Below, in pieces: positions 20,452 through 29,636 of a DNA stretch of 64,000 nucleotides. Position 1 is the first letter of the stretch; each line of letters opens with the position of its first letter. The notes beneath the pieces are model-generated. The model was not told the origin of the DNA. It saw only the letters and a program-made list of their open reading frames with translations, and ran no database searches. A program made the position numbers and the translations under genes. This DNA comes from Arcobacteraceae bacterium (GTDB lineage Bacteria > Campylobacterota > Campylobacteria > Campylobacterales > Arcobacteraceae), in contig JBLWVX010000003.1 of NCBI GenBank assembly GCA_048268245.1, positions 64,001 through 128,000 of the forward strand, in the 5' to 3' direction.

Positions 20452-21762
20452 ATGAGTTCAAACAAAAAATTATTTATTCAAACTTTAGGGTGTCAGATGA
20501 ATGACACTGATAGTCAACACATTGCAGCTGAATTAGAAAAGCATAAAGATTATACTCAAACTGAGCAAATTGAAGATGCTGATTTAATTATAATTAATAC
20601 ATGTTCAGTAAGAGAAAAACCAGTTCAAAAACTTTTTTCTGAAATTGGTCAATTCAATAAAAAGAAAAAAGATGGAGCTAAGATTGGTGTTTGTGGATGT
20701 ACGGCAAGTCATTTAGGAAACGATATCATTAAAAGAGCTCCGTATGTTGATTTTGTAGTTGGTGCTAGAAATATCTCTAAAATTAAAGATGTTGTTGATG
20801 TAAAAGGTGCAGTTGAAATTGCAATTGACAATGATGAGTCAATGTATGAGTTTGCTGCTGCAAAAACAAATAAATACAGAGCAAGTGTAAATATTTCAGT
20901 TGGTTGTGATAAAAAATGTACTTACTGTATTGTTCCAAATACTAGAGGTGAAGAGATTTCTATTCCACCCGAAATGATTGTAAAACAAGTGCAAAATGCA
21001 GTTGATGAAGGTGCAGTTGAAGTAATGCTTTTAGGTCAAAATGTAAACTCTTATGGTAGAAGATTTTCAGATAAAAGACCTAAATACTCTTTTACTAAAC
21101 TTTTACAAGATGTTTCTAAAATTGAGGGATTAAAAAGAATTCGATTTACATCTCCTCATCCTTTACATATGGATGATGAGTTTATTGAAGAATTTGCAAA
21201 AAATGAAAAAATCTCAAGATGTATTCATATGCCATTACAAAGTGGTTCTACTTCAATTTTAAGAGCTATGAAAAGAGGATACACAAAAGAGTGGTTCTTA
21301 AATAGAGCAGCTAAAATGAGGGAATTAGTTTCAAACCTTAGAATTACAACGGATATTATTGTTGCATTCCCTGGTGAAACTAATGAAGATTTCCAAGATA
21401 CTTTAGATGTTGTAAGAAAAGTAGGATTTGATCAAATTTTTAACTTTAAATACTCACCTAGACCTGAAACAGCAGCATTAGATCTTAAAGATCAAGAAAT
21501 TCCAGATGAAATTGGAAGTGCAAGATTAACAGAGTTAATTGAACTTCATAAAAGACATCTTGAAGAAGAAATGCCAAAATTAGTTGGCTCTACTGTAAAT
21601 ATTTTAGTTGAATCTTTAAAACCTAATGGTGAGATTTCTGGATATACTGATAACTATCTTCAAGTATTTGCAAAAGGTAGTGATGAACTATTAGGTAAAT
21701 TTGTGGATGTTAAAGTAACAGATGTAACAAGAACAGCTTTAAAGGGTGAAGTTATAGCCTAA
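20452..21762 (+). CDS. miaB: tRNA 2-methylthio-N6-isopentenyladenosine synthase
   Basis: TLGCQMN, NTCSVRE, CDKKCTYC radical-SAM motif, C-terminal TRAM domain. Confidence 0.97.
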   Translation: MSSNKKLFIQTLGCQMNDTDSQHIAAELEKHKDYTQTEQIEDADLIIINTCSVREKPVQKLFSEIGQFNKKKKDGAKIGVCGCTASHLGNDIIKRAPYVDFVVGARNISKIKDVVDVKGAVEIAIDNDESMYEFAAAKTNKYRASVNISVGCDKKCTYCIVPNTRGEEISIPPEMIVKQVQNAVDEGAVEVMLLGQNVNSYGRRFSDKRPKYSFTKLLQDVSKIEGLKRIRFTSPHPLHMDDEFIEEFAKNEKISRCIHMPLQSGSTSILRAMKRGYTKEWFLNRAAKMRELVSNLRITTDIIVAFPGETNEDFQDTLDVVRKVGFDQIFNFKYSPRPETAALDLKDQEIPDEIGSARLTELIELHKRHLEEEMPKLVGSTVNILVESLKPNGEISGYTDNYLQVFAKGSDELLGKFVDVKVTDVTRTALKGEVIA

Positions 21763-22373
21763 TGAAGCTTTTCTTTAAACTAAAAATATTACCATACTTC
21801 TTATATTTTTTAGTTAGATTAATCTATGCTACAAACAAAAAAGTTTATCATCATCCAAAATTAGGTGATGAAGCTTTTGTTTTTGTTATGTGGCATGGAG
21901 ATCTACTTAGTCAACCTTTTAATTACAAAGCCCAAAGAGGTAATAGAGTAGTAAAAGGTATGATTAGTTTAAATAAAGATGGAGAAATACTATCTAAAGT
22001 TTTTGCACTTTTAGGAATAGAAGCATTAAGAGGTTCTTCTTCTAAAGGTGCAGCTAAAGTTTTAATTAGTACAATTAAGGAAATTAAATCAGGAAGTGAC
22101 GTAGCTATTACTCCTGATGGTCCAAGAGGGCCTAGATTTTCTGTAGCAAATGGTGTTGTAGCCATCGCTCAAAAAAGTGGTTCTAAGGTTGTTGTATTAA
22201 ACTCAAAACCAAGTAAATATTGGCAGTTTAATTCTTGGGATAAGTTTATTTTACCTAAGCCTTTTGGTAAAATAGATTTTTATATGTCAGAACCTTACGA
22301 TATTAGTAACTTACAAATGGATGAAGCAAAAGATTTTATAAAAGAAAAACTAATGGTTCATTCAATTAAATAG
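21762..22373 (+). CDS. lpxJ: DUF374 lysophospholipid acyltransferase family, LpxJ-like lipid A late acyltransferase
   Basis: WHG, S..KDGE, RGSSSKGA, TPDGPRGP, SWDKFILPKPF; same position as H. pylori HP0270. Confidence 0.75.
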   Translation: MKLFFKLKILPYFLYFLVRLIYATNKKVYHHPKLGDEAFVFVMWHGDLLSQPFNYKAQRGNRVVKGMISLNKDGEILSKVFALLGIEALRGSSSKGAAKVLISTIKEIKSGSDVAITPDGPRGPRFSVANGVVAIAQKSGSKVVVLNSKPSKYWQFNSWDKFILPKPFGKIDFYMSEPYDISNLQMDEAKDFIKEKLMVHSIK

Positions 22374-22389
22374 TTTAAATAGGAAATAT

Positions 22390-23952
22390 ATGTTTAGTAA
22401 AGAGTCTTTATATATTAATGCAATTAAATATGATACTCAATTAAAGCTAGATTATAAAAAACTAGATGATGAGCAGATAATAGAAGCGAATAATTCAGTT
22501 TTTTTAGTTAAAGATGAGATTTTATCCCATGAAATTGCACACAAAATTAATGCATCTCAAAAGCAAACACCTTTAAGCTATATTTCTACTTTACTTATTA
22601 GTGATACTACAAAGTTAATTCCTAAATCAAGTAAAAGGCCAATTGATTGTGAAATAGTACATTTTAATAATGAATATGATATTGCTGTTTTAAAATCTAC
22701 TCTTTTTGAAACAGAACACTATTTTGAAAAAACAGGTATTGATTATATTTATTCTGCTTTTCACATTTTAAATCTTCATATTGAGCAAAAAGTATGTAAA
22801 AATCAGCTTTTGATTTTTTTATTTAATAATAAGGCATTTATTTTAATTCTTGATGATAAATCAAAGATTGTATATAGTAAGACAGTTGAACTTCCAACTT
22901 TTGAAAGTGTTAAAAAAACACACTTTTACGATGATGATGTAGTGGGACAAAAACTTTTTGATGAAATTTATTATTTAGAACTAAGTGAAATAATTCACAA
23001 TAATTTAAATGAGTTTTATGAGAGTGAGTCTCAAACATTTATTGATAAGATTACTATTTTATATACTTTAAAACAACTAAGCCAAGAGCAAATTGATAAT
23101 TTAAGTAATGAACTATTACTTACAATAGATTATCAACCAATAAATATTGATGAAGAAATTTTTGAATTATCAAAAGATAAACATCACAAACAAAGCTTTA
23201 TAAGCCCAAGAAGGAAAGAGAAAAAGAATAATTACTTTAGTATATTAATAGTATTATTTTTTGCACTGGCCTTTTATGGAGTTTATATTTTATTTGATGA
23301 AGTATCCCACAATAAGACTCAAGAAACTAAAACCCAAAAGAATATAAGAAGTGAAGTTAAACTTCCTGATCATGTTAATAAAAACGATAGAATAACAAAA
23401 AGGATAAAAGCTATTTTTGACTCAATTCCTTATGATGTAGTATTGAGTGAAATGGTTGTAGATGGTGATGCTTTACTTTTAAAAGCTAAATTTTTAAAAG
23501 ACGATACTTTTATAAAGTCGCTTCAACCTGAACTTGGTTCACTTTATGAAACAATAGAAGTTGAACTAGATTCTAAAGATAAAAAGCATTTTGTAGATGG
23601 TACTGTTATGGCTAAAGATTTACTTGATTTAGAGGACATTAACTATAGAAAATATAATAATAAATATATTGTTGATGAATTTTTCCCTATTTCAAGAGTG
23701 ACAGAACAATTAAAAATCTTAATGCCTGAAAATGCTATAGTAAAATTTCAATCAAGTCAAAATAAAAAAGTCACAGTTTTTAACTATTTAATTAATATTG
23801 AGATTTCTACACCTAAAGAATTTTTTGATTTGATTGACATGATAAATAATGAACTGTATTCAATTACTATCTCATATCCTATAAGTATGATAAAGAATGA
23901 TGAAGGTAAGTTAGATATTGAGTTTAATGTACAATTTAATCAACCTCAATAG
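22390..23952 (+). CDS. Single-TM protein with PilM-like, PilN-like and PilO-like segments (putative fusion)
   Basis: TM at about aa 282-302; PilN-like IFDSIPYDVVLSEMVVDGDALLLKA; position directly after miaB-lpxJ. Confidence 0.6.
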   Translation: MFSKESLYINAIKYDTQLKLDYKKLDDEQIIEANNSVFLVKDEILSHEIAHKINASQKQTPLSYISTLLISDTTKLIPKSSKRPIDCEIVHFNNEYDIAVLKSTLFETEHYFEKTGIDYIYSAFHILNLHIEQKVCKNQLLIFLFNNKAFILILDDKSKIVYSKTVELPTFESVKKTHFYDDDVVGQKLFDEIYYLELSEIIHNNLNEFYESESQTFIDKITILYTLKQLSQEQIDNLSNELLLTIDYQPINIDEEIFELSKDKHHKQSFISPRRKEKKNNYFSILIVLFFALAFYGVYILFDEVSHNKTQETKTQKNIRSEVKLPDHVNKNDRITKRIKAIFDSIPYDVVLSEMVVDGDALLLKAKFLKDDTFIKSLQPELGSLYETIEVELDSKDKKHFVDGTVMAKDLLDLEDINYRKYNNKYIVDEFFPISRVTEQLKILMPENAIVKFQSSQNKKVTVFNYLINIEISTPKEFFDLIDMINNELYSITISYPISMIKNDEGKLDIEFNVQFNQPQ

Positions 23953-23963
23953 ATTTAATAAAA

Positions 23964-23994
23964 GAATTAAAGGTTAATTCCAAACCTTTAATTC
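23964..23994. terminator. Hairpin between convergent genes, overlapping the mqnE 3' end
   Basis: GAATTAAAGGTT-N7-AACCTTTAATTC. Confidence 0.6.
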
Positions 23995-25038
23995 ATTATA
24001 AATAGAGTCTCTCTCAACTGGTGTAAATCCAGAATTTTGAATAAGTTCTACAAACTCTTTTAAAGCAACTCCACCTGCACTTGAAGCGCCTGCCGCACTT
24101 TGAATTGATTCTTTTTCAATTGTTCCATCAACATCATTAGCACCAAATTCTTGAGCTATTAAAGCTAATTTTACAGTTGATGTTGCCCAGTATGCTTTAA
24201 TATTTGAAATATTATCTAGCATAATTCTTGCAATTGCGTAAGTCTTTAAAATTTCTTGACCTGTTAATGGCTCTTCAACTTTTAAGTAATTGTTTTCTGT
24301 TTGATATACAAGAGGAATAAAAGCATTAAAACCACTTGTTTCATCTTGTAAATCTCTTAGTCTTATCATGTGATCAATTCTATGTTCTCTTTTTTCTACA
24401 TGACCAAATAACATAGTAGCATTACTTTGCATTCCTGCTTTATGCCAAAGTCTATGAATTTGTAACCATTCATCAGATTTAACTTTTCCACCACAAATTC
24501 TTTTTCTTACCTTTTCATCAAAGATTTCAGCACCACCACCTGGCATTGAATCAATTCCATGATCTTTCATCATAGAAATTAAATCTTCATAAGATACATT
24601 ATACTCTTTACTCAAAAAGTGTACTTCTGCAGCTGTCAAAGCTTTTACATGAATCGCTGGATAGTTTTCTTTTATCTTTTTAAATACATCCATGTACCAC
24701 TGTAATCCAGTATCTGGATTATGAGCAGATACAATATGAACTTCTTTTATATCATTTTTTGAAGAGTTTTTAACAATATCTAAAATCTCTTTATGACTCA
24801 TAGTCCATTGATTTGGGTTTTTTCTACTTGCACTATAAGCACAGAATTGACAAACATCTTTACAAACATTTGTTGGGTTTATGTGTCTATTAATATTAAA
24901 ATATGTTTTTTTGCCGTGCTTTTCTTCTCTAATTTTATTTGCATAATGAGCCAAAGTAAATAAGTCTAAATCAAAAAGTTCTACACCATCTTCATAGCTT
25001 AGTCTTTGCCCACTTTCTAGTTTCTCAATAATACTCAT
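23974..25038 (-). CDS. mqnE: Aminofutalosine synthase (radical SAM, menaquinone futalosine pathway)
   Basis: NRHINPTNVCKDVCQFCAY, MPGGGAEIF, NATMLFGHVE, IKAYW, GANDVDGTI.KESI. Confidence 0.9.
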   Translation of the reverse strand: MSIIEKLESGQRLSYEDGVELFDLDLFTLAHYANKIREEKHGKKTYFNINRHINPTNVCKDVCQFCAYSASRKNPNQWTMSHKEILDIVKNSSKNDIKEVHIVSAHNPDTGLQWYMDVFKKIKENYPAIHVKALTAAEVHFLSKEYNVSYEDLISMMKDHGIDSMPGGGAEIFDEKVRKRICGGKVKSDEWLQIHRLWHKAGMQSNATMLFGHVEKREHRIDHMIRLRDLQDETSGFNAFIPLVYQTENNYLKVEEPLTGQEILKTYAIARIMLDNISNIKAYWATSTVKLALIAQEFGANDVDGTIEKESIQSAAGASSAGGVALKEFVELIQNSGFTPVERDSIYNELKVWN

Positions 25039-25045
25039 AATTTTC

Positions 25046-25366
25046 CTATTTACAGTCTAAATCTTTACTGAACTCTTCATTTCTTCCAATATGAATAAAA
25101 CCAATACAAGTTTTACTTAGATTACTATCAAAGAATCTTACTTTATATACTGTACTTTTATATCTAGTCTTAGTATCTTCTACCCTTAATTTATTAATCA
25201 CTTCCATACTATTTACATTTTTGTGTCCTAAAGTAGCAAGTATTTCAACCATTTTTTTCTCTTTTAAGTCTTTTAATACTAAAAATATAGCAAATGCAAT
25301 TGCTACTATAATTGTTATAATAATAACAGTTTTTTTAGGTAATCTTCTTATTTCGGTTTCACTCAT
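25046..25366 (-). CDS. Small membrane-anchored hypothetical protein
   Basis: N-terminal TM, two C-terminal Cys, AGGA SD. Confidence 0.7.
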   Translation of the reverse strand: MSETEIRRLPKKTVIIITIIVAIAFAIFLVLKDLKEKKMVEILATLGHKNVNSMEVINKLRVEDTKTRYKSTVYKVRFFDSNLSKTCIGFIHIGRNEEFSKDLDCK

Positions 25367-25374
25367 ATTTTTTC

Positions 25375-26031
25375 CTAATCTTCTATTTTCATTTCTCTTA
25401 GTGGTTTAAACTGTTTCTCTTTTTTGTCTAAATAATCAATCTCTCCATTTTGTACATCATAATGCCATCCATGAATTTCTAAACTACCATCTTCAACCTT
25501 TTGTTTTACATCAGGGTAAGTTAAAAGATTTTTTAATTGCTGTTTAATAGAATTTCTCTCAGTGATTCTATACATTTCTTCTTCTGTAGTAAACTTTTTA
25601 TCTGCTAATGTTTTTTCTTTTGCAGCCATTCCAAGTTTTAACCATGTTTTTACATGAACTAAAGAAGTAGTATCTGGAATTTGATCATATTCATATAAGC
25701 TTTTACATGCACCACAGTGAGTGTGTCCACATACAATAATGTGTTTTACACCAAGAACAGCAACAGCATATTCAATAGCTGCTGCACTACCATGGAAATC
25801 TTCATCATGTTTAAATGGAGGAATAAAGTTTCCAACATTTCTTAAAATAAACATGTCCCCTGGTTTTGTATTTAACATTATATCAGGTGTTAATCTACTA
25901 TCTGAACATCCAACAAATAGTACTTCTGGCTTTTGACCATTTAAAACTAATTCATTTAGTTCTTCTTGCCATTTTGGAACCTTGCATTCTTGAAAACTTT
26001 TGTGACCTTTGATTAATTGTTTTAAAATCAT
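25375..26031 (-). CDS. can: Beta-class carbonic anhydrase
   Basis: GCSDSR, RNVGN, CGHTHCG zinc ligands. Confidence 0.95.
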   Translation of the reverse strand: MILKQLIKGHKSFQECKVPKWQEELNELVLNGQKPEVLFVGCSDSRLTPDIMLNTKPGDMFILRNVGNFIPPFKHDEDFHGSAAAIEYAVAVLGVKHIIVCGHTHCGACKSLYEYDQIPDTTSLVHVKTWLKLGMAAKEKTLADKKFTTEEEMYRITERNSIKQQLKNLLTYPDVKQKVEDGSLEIHGWHYDVQNGEIDYLDKKEKQFKPLREMKIED

Positions 26032-26270
26032 TTTATTTTACTCTTATCCATTATTATTTTTTTATCATTTACAGTTAATGCTGTAATTTTATTTATATTG
26101 TCTTTCTCTTCATCATCTTCGAGTTTATATTCAATAATATAATCCATTTTATGACAAGATACCAAAACTGTATACCTAGATAATTGAATCTTCTCACATT
26201 TTTTGATATTTTCAATTTCATTTGAAAAAGTAAATGTAAAAAGTGTAATTAACAAAGTAACTATTTTCAT
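26028..26270 (-). CDS. Small secreted hypothetical protein
   Basis: Signal-peptide-like N-terminus; ATGA overlaps with both neighbours. Confidence 0.65.
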   Translation of the reverse strand: MKIVTLLITLFTFTFSNEIENIKKCEKIQLSRYTVLVSCHKMDYIIEYKLEDDEEKDNINKITALTVNDKKIIMDKSKIK

Positions 26271-27373
26271 ATAAGTTCCTTTATTAAATTACATACATTT
26301 CTTAAATCCTCTTCTGATACATCTATTTTTGCAATAAGTCTAATTATGGCTATTTTTACAGTTGGTTGCCTAATGGCTCCAACTATATAACCTTTTTCTT
26401 GAAGTTGTTTTTGAATTTCTTTAACTTTTTTATTATCTGCAATTTCAATTGGAATAATTAGACTTTCAGAAGATATATTTAGAATTTCCTTAACGATTTT
26501 TAAATTTCTATTTATGTTTTCTTTTAGTTTGTGTTTATTATTTACTATAAAATTTAATGATTCTAAACCCATTGCAATATCAAAAAGTGATGGTGCAGTA
26601 GAGTAAATAATAGGTTTAGCTCTATTTTGTAAAAATTCTATAGTTTCATTGGAAGCTAATATGTAGGCCCCGTATGAACCATATGCTTTCCCTAATGTAC
26701 CCATTTTTATATGCTTTTTATTAGGTTTAATTTTATAATAATCAAAAATTCCTAGTAAATTATCTCCTAAAACACCAGAACTATGAGCTTCATCTACAAT
26801 TAACAAAGTATCATAACTCTTTGAGAGGTGAAAAATCTCTTCTTTAGCTACATCTCCACCCATTGAATAAACACCTTCAATAGCAACTATTTTTCTACCT
26901 TTTCTTTTACAAGATTTAAGTTTTTCTTCTAAGTCTTTCTCATCATTATGACTAAAAACAATAACTTGTTCATCTTTTAAAAATTTAGTAGCTAAAATAC
27001 CACTTGCATGATAATCTTCATCAATAAATAGGGTGTCATTTTTTCTACATAGAGCTTCAATCATAGAAATATTAGCTAAAAAACCAGAACCTACACATAC
27101 AGCAGCTTCAAATTTATTTACTTCACAAAGTTTTTCTTCAAACTCTTTATGAATAGAATTGTATCCATTTACAAGCATTGAAGCTTTAGGTGAGTAGTAC
27201 TTTTGTTTAAGTACTCTTTCATATGCATTTTGAAAAATATTTACATTGGAAGCAAGACCTAAATAGTCGTTTGAAGCTAAATCAATTAAGCTTTCATCGA
27301 ATATATCTCTAGTTCTAAATCGATTTGATTTTTTAATTGAAAGTAGTTCTTTTGAATACAAAAAATTCTCCAT
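26267..27373 (-). CDS. bioF: 8-amino-7-oxononanoate synthase
   Basis: SNDYLGL, SGFLAN, EGVYSMGGD, DEAH, GTLGKAYG. Confidence 0.9.
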   Translation of the reverse strand: MENFLYSKELLSIKKSNRFRTRDIFDESLIDLASNDYLGLASNVNIFQNAYERVLKQKYYSPKASMLVNGYNSIHKEFEEKLCEVNKFEAAVCVGSGFLANISMIEALCRKNDTLFIDEDYHASGILATKFLKDEQVIVFSHNDEKDLEEKLKSCKRKGRKIVAIEGVYSMGGDVAKEEIFHLSKSYDTLLIVDEAHSSGVLGDNLLGIFDYYKIKPNKKHIKMGTLGKAYGSYGAYILASNETIEFLQNRAKPIIYSTAPSLFDIAMGLESLNFIVNNKHKLKENINRNLKIVKEILNISSESLIIPIEIADNKKVKEIQKQLQEKGYIVGAIRQPTVKIAIIRLIAKIDVSEEDLRNVCNLIKELI

Positions 27374-27477
27374 AAGTGTTTGTGTATATTAACTAAAAAA
27401 CTATAAAAAATAGTTGAATAATTTTAGAATCATTTTGATGCTAGTTTAATGCTATTTTCAGTTGGTATACTTTCAAT

Positions 27478-27540
27478 ACTAATTTTATATACGTCATTTA
27501 AAAAGATGAATGTACCGCTCATTACATTCATCTTTCTAAT
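27478..27540 (+). ncRNA. Candidate small RNA with its own extended -10 and a terminal 13-bp hairpin
   Basis: TG-G-TATACT at 27463-71; hairpin AAAGATGAATGTA-CCGCTCAT-TACATTCATCTTT at 27502-35, between divergent genes. Confidence 0.5.
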
Positions 27541-27544
27541 AAAA

Positions 27545-27562
27545 AAGCAATATTTTACAAGA
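27545..27562 (+). promoter_or_regulatory. Putative activator box (copy 2), AAGCAATATTTTACAAGA, upstream of araC-MFS
   Basis: 19 nt upstream of -10 TATTAT (27582-87). Confidence 0.65.
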
Positions 27563-27594
27563 CTTTTAACAAACAATTATGTATTATCTTTACT

Positions 27595-28407
27595 ATGAAT
27601 AACAAAATATTAAAAATCAAAGACTTAGACTATTTAGAGTTAAAATATTCAAAAAGTTTTCATGAATGTTCTCAAAAACATTACCATAATTTAATATGCT
27701 TCTTAGGACTAAAAAAAGGTGAAGCAAAAATAGTAATAAATGATAAAACAATTATTTTAGATGAGAATACTCTAGTAGTAATAAATCCAAATGAGGTTCA
27801 TTACTCACAAAATGCCAATTTTAATAAAGACTATTATGTTATTTATATTGACAGAACATGGTATAAAAACTTACAAAACTTAACATATAAAACCAATGAT
27901 ATTTTTCTTTTACCAAATGAAATTAGAAATAAAGAATATATAAATGATTTCTTTAAACTATTTGACTTTTTAAATACATCTAATGAAAGTATAAAGAAAG
28001 AACTAATGTTATTAGAGTTTTTAAAAAAGATATTTAATGAATTTATTAAGAAACATGAGTTTCTGAAGTTAGATAATACAACTCAAATTGCAAAAGATTT
28101 TAAAGAATATATTGAAAATAACATTTCTTCAAAACTAACTTTATCAAAAATTGCAAGTGAATTAGGATATAGCCCATATCACATAATTAGAGTTTGTAAT
28201 CAAGACTTTGGTTTATCGGCTAATGCATATATTGTAAATAAGAGAGTTCATAGAGCAAAGAAGCTTATATCTGATGGCTTTGAGATAAGTCATGCTGCTG
28301 TAGAAGTTGGTTTTTATGATCAAAGTCATTTAACAAATGTATTTAAAAAAGTATTTGCGATAACTCCAAAAGCATATCAAAAGGAAATAGAAAAAAATGA
28401 AAATTAA
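27595..28407 (+). CDS. AraC-family transcriptional regulator
   Basis: KHYH cupin motif, INPNEVHY, VGFYDQSHLTNVFKK. Confidence 0.92.
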   Translation: MNNKILKIKDLDYLELKYSKSFHECSQKHYHNLICFLGLKKGEAKIVINDKTIILDENTLVVINPNEVHYSQNANFNKDYYVIYIDRTWYKNLQNLTYKTNDIFLLPNEIRNKEYINDFFKLFDFLNTSNESIKKELMLLEFLKKIFNEFIKKHEFLKLDNTTQIAKDFKEYIENNISSKLTLSKIASELGYSPYHIIRVCNQDFGLSANAYIVNKRVHRAKKLISDGFEISHAAVEVGFYDQSHLTNVFKKVFAITPKAYQKEIEKNEN

Positions 28408-29572
28408 TTTACTTGACAAAAATAACAATTTTAATATCTTACTTGCAGGAATTATCGGACTTTTTATAGGTGTTGGTGTTGCAAGGTTTTCATATACCTC
28501 TTTACTTCCTGCAATGCTTGAGGATGAAGCTTTATCTTTAACCTTTTCTGGAATATTAGCTTCAATAAACTATGTGGGCTATTTAAGTGGGGCTATTTTT
28601 GCGATATTTATAAAAGATATTGATACAAAAGTAAAGTATTTTAGAATAGGAATAGTTTTATGTATTTTAACTACTTTAATTTTGGGTATTACTACAAATG
28701 AAATTTTATGGTTTATTTCAAGAATTCTTGCAGGTTTTGCTGCTGCTATGGCATTAATTGTTGGTGCTGCAATTGTAATGGTAAAACTTGATTTTGAAGA
28801 TAAAACAAAAGCTATGGGAATATATTTTTCAGGAATAGGTATAGCATTAGCAAGTTCTGATATTATAAGTAGATATGTTTTATCTTATTCATCTTGGGAA
28901 AATTCATGGATTGTACTTACTCTTAGTGCTGCTCTTGTTTGCTTTTATCCTTTATATATTCTATCTTTTGATAAAAAAATAGCAAGCAATAATGAAAAAC
29001 ATCCCTTTAACAAAGCAATTTTTTCTCCTTTTGTTGTTATTTTGATTGCTGCTTATTTTACTGAAGGAGTTGGTTTTGTAGTTCAAGGAACTTTTCTTCC
29101 AACTATTTTAAAATCAATTGAGGGACTTGAAGATATTGCTGCTTTATCTTGGCTTTTAGTAGGTCTTGCTGGGATTCCTTCTTCAATTATTTGGATGAGA
29201 TTAGCTTACAAGTATGGAAGTGTAAATATAATTATTCTTGCTATGAGTTTACAGGTTGTTGGTATTTTAATTCCAACACTTACAACAAATATGTATTTAA
29301 ACCTTTTTTGTGGGGTTTTATATGGAGGAACATTTGTAGGTTTAGTTGCTTTATTTATGAATCTTGGTGGACAACTTGCAAAGAAAAATCCTGTTATGTT
29401 AATGGGTGCTTTAACTACATCATATGGAATAGGGCAAGTTACAGCTCCTTTATATGCGGTTAGTTTAACACAGCTTACAGGTAACTATAATTATGCACTT
29501 TATTTAACAGCTGCTATAGTTTCTTTTGGAGTTTTGATTTTATTGTTTTCTAAAAAAGTAATAAATAAATAG
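28397..29572 (+). CDS. YbfB/YjiJ-family MFS transporter
   Basis: GVARFSYTSLLPAM, ASINYVGYLSG, TTSYGIGQ; about 12 TMs. Confidence 0.9.
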   Translation: MKINLLDKNNNFNILLAGIIGLFIGVGVARFSYTSLLPAMLEDEALSLTFSGILASINYVGYLSGAIFAIFIKDIDTKVKYFRIGIVLCILTTLILGITTNEILWFISRILAGFAAAMALIVGAAIVMVKLDFEDKTKAMGIYFSGIGIALASSDIISRYVLSYSSWENSWIVLTLSAALVCFYPLYILSFDKKIASNNEKHPFNKAIFSPFVVILIAAYFTEGVGFVVQGTFLPTILKSIEGLEDIAALSWLLVGLAGIPSSIIWMRLAYKYGSVNIIILAMSLQVVGILIPTLTTNMYLNLFCGVLYGGTFVGLVALFMNLGGQLAKKNPVMLMGALTTSYGIGQVTAPLYAVSLTQLTGNYNYALYLTAAIVSFGVLILLFSKKVINK

Positions 29573-29601
29573 CTTTAAAAGTTGTGAAAGATACGAATAG
29601 T

Positions 29602-29636
29602 AAAGAGTTTAAAGGTAAATAGCCTATAAACTCTTT
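29602..29636. terminator. Bidirectional hairpin between the MFS and Kef antiporter genes
   Basis: AAAGAGTTTA...TAAACTCTTT with inner AGG/CCT. Confidence 0.6.
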
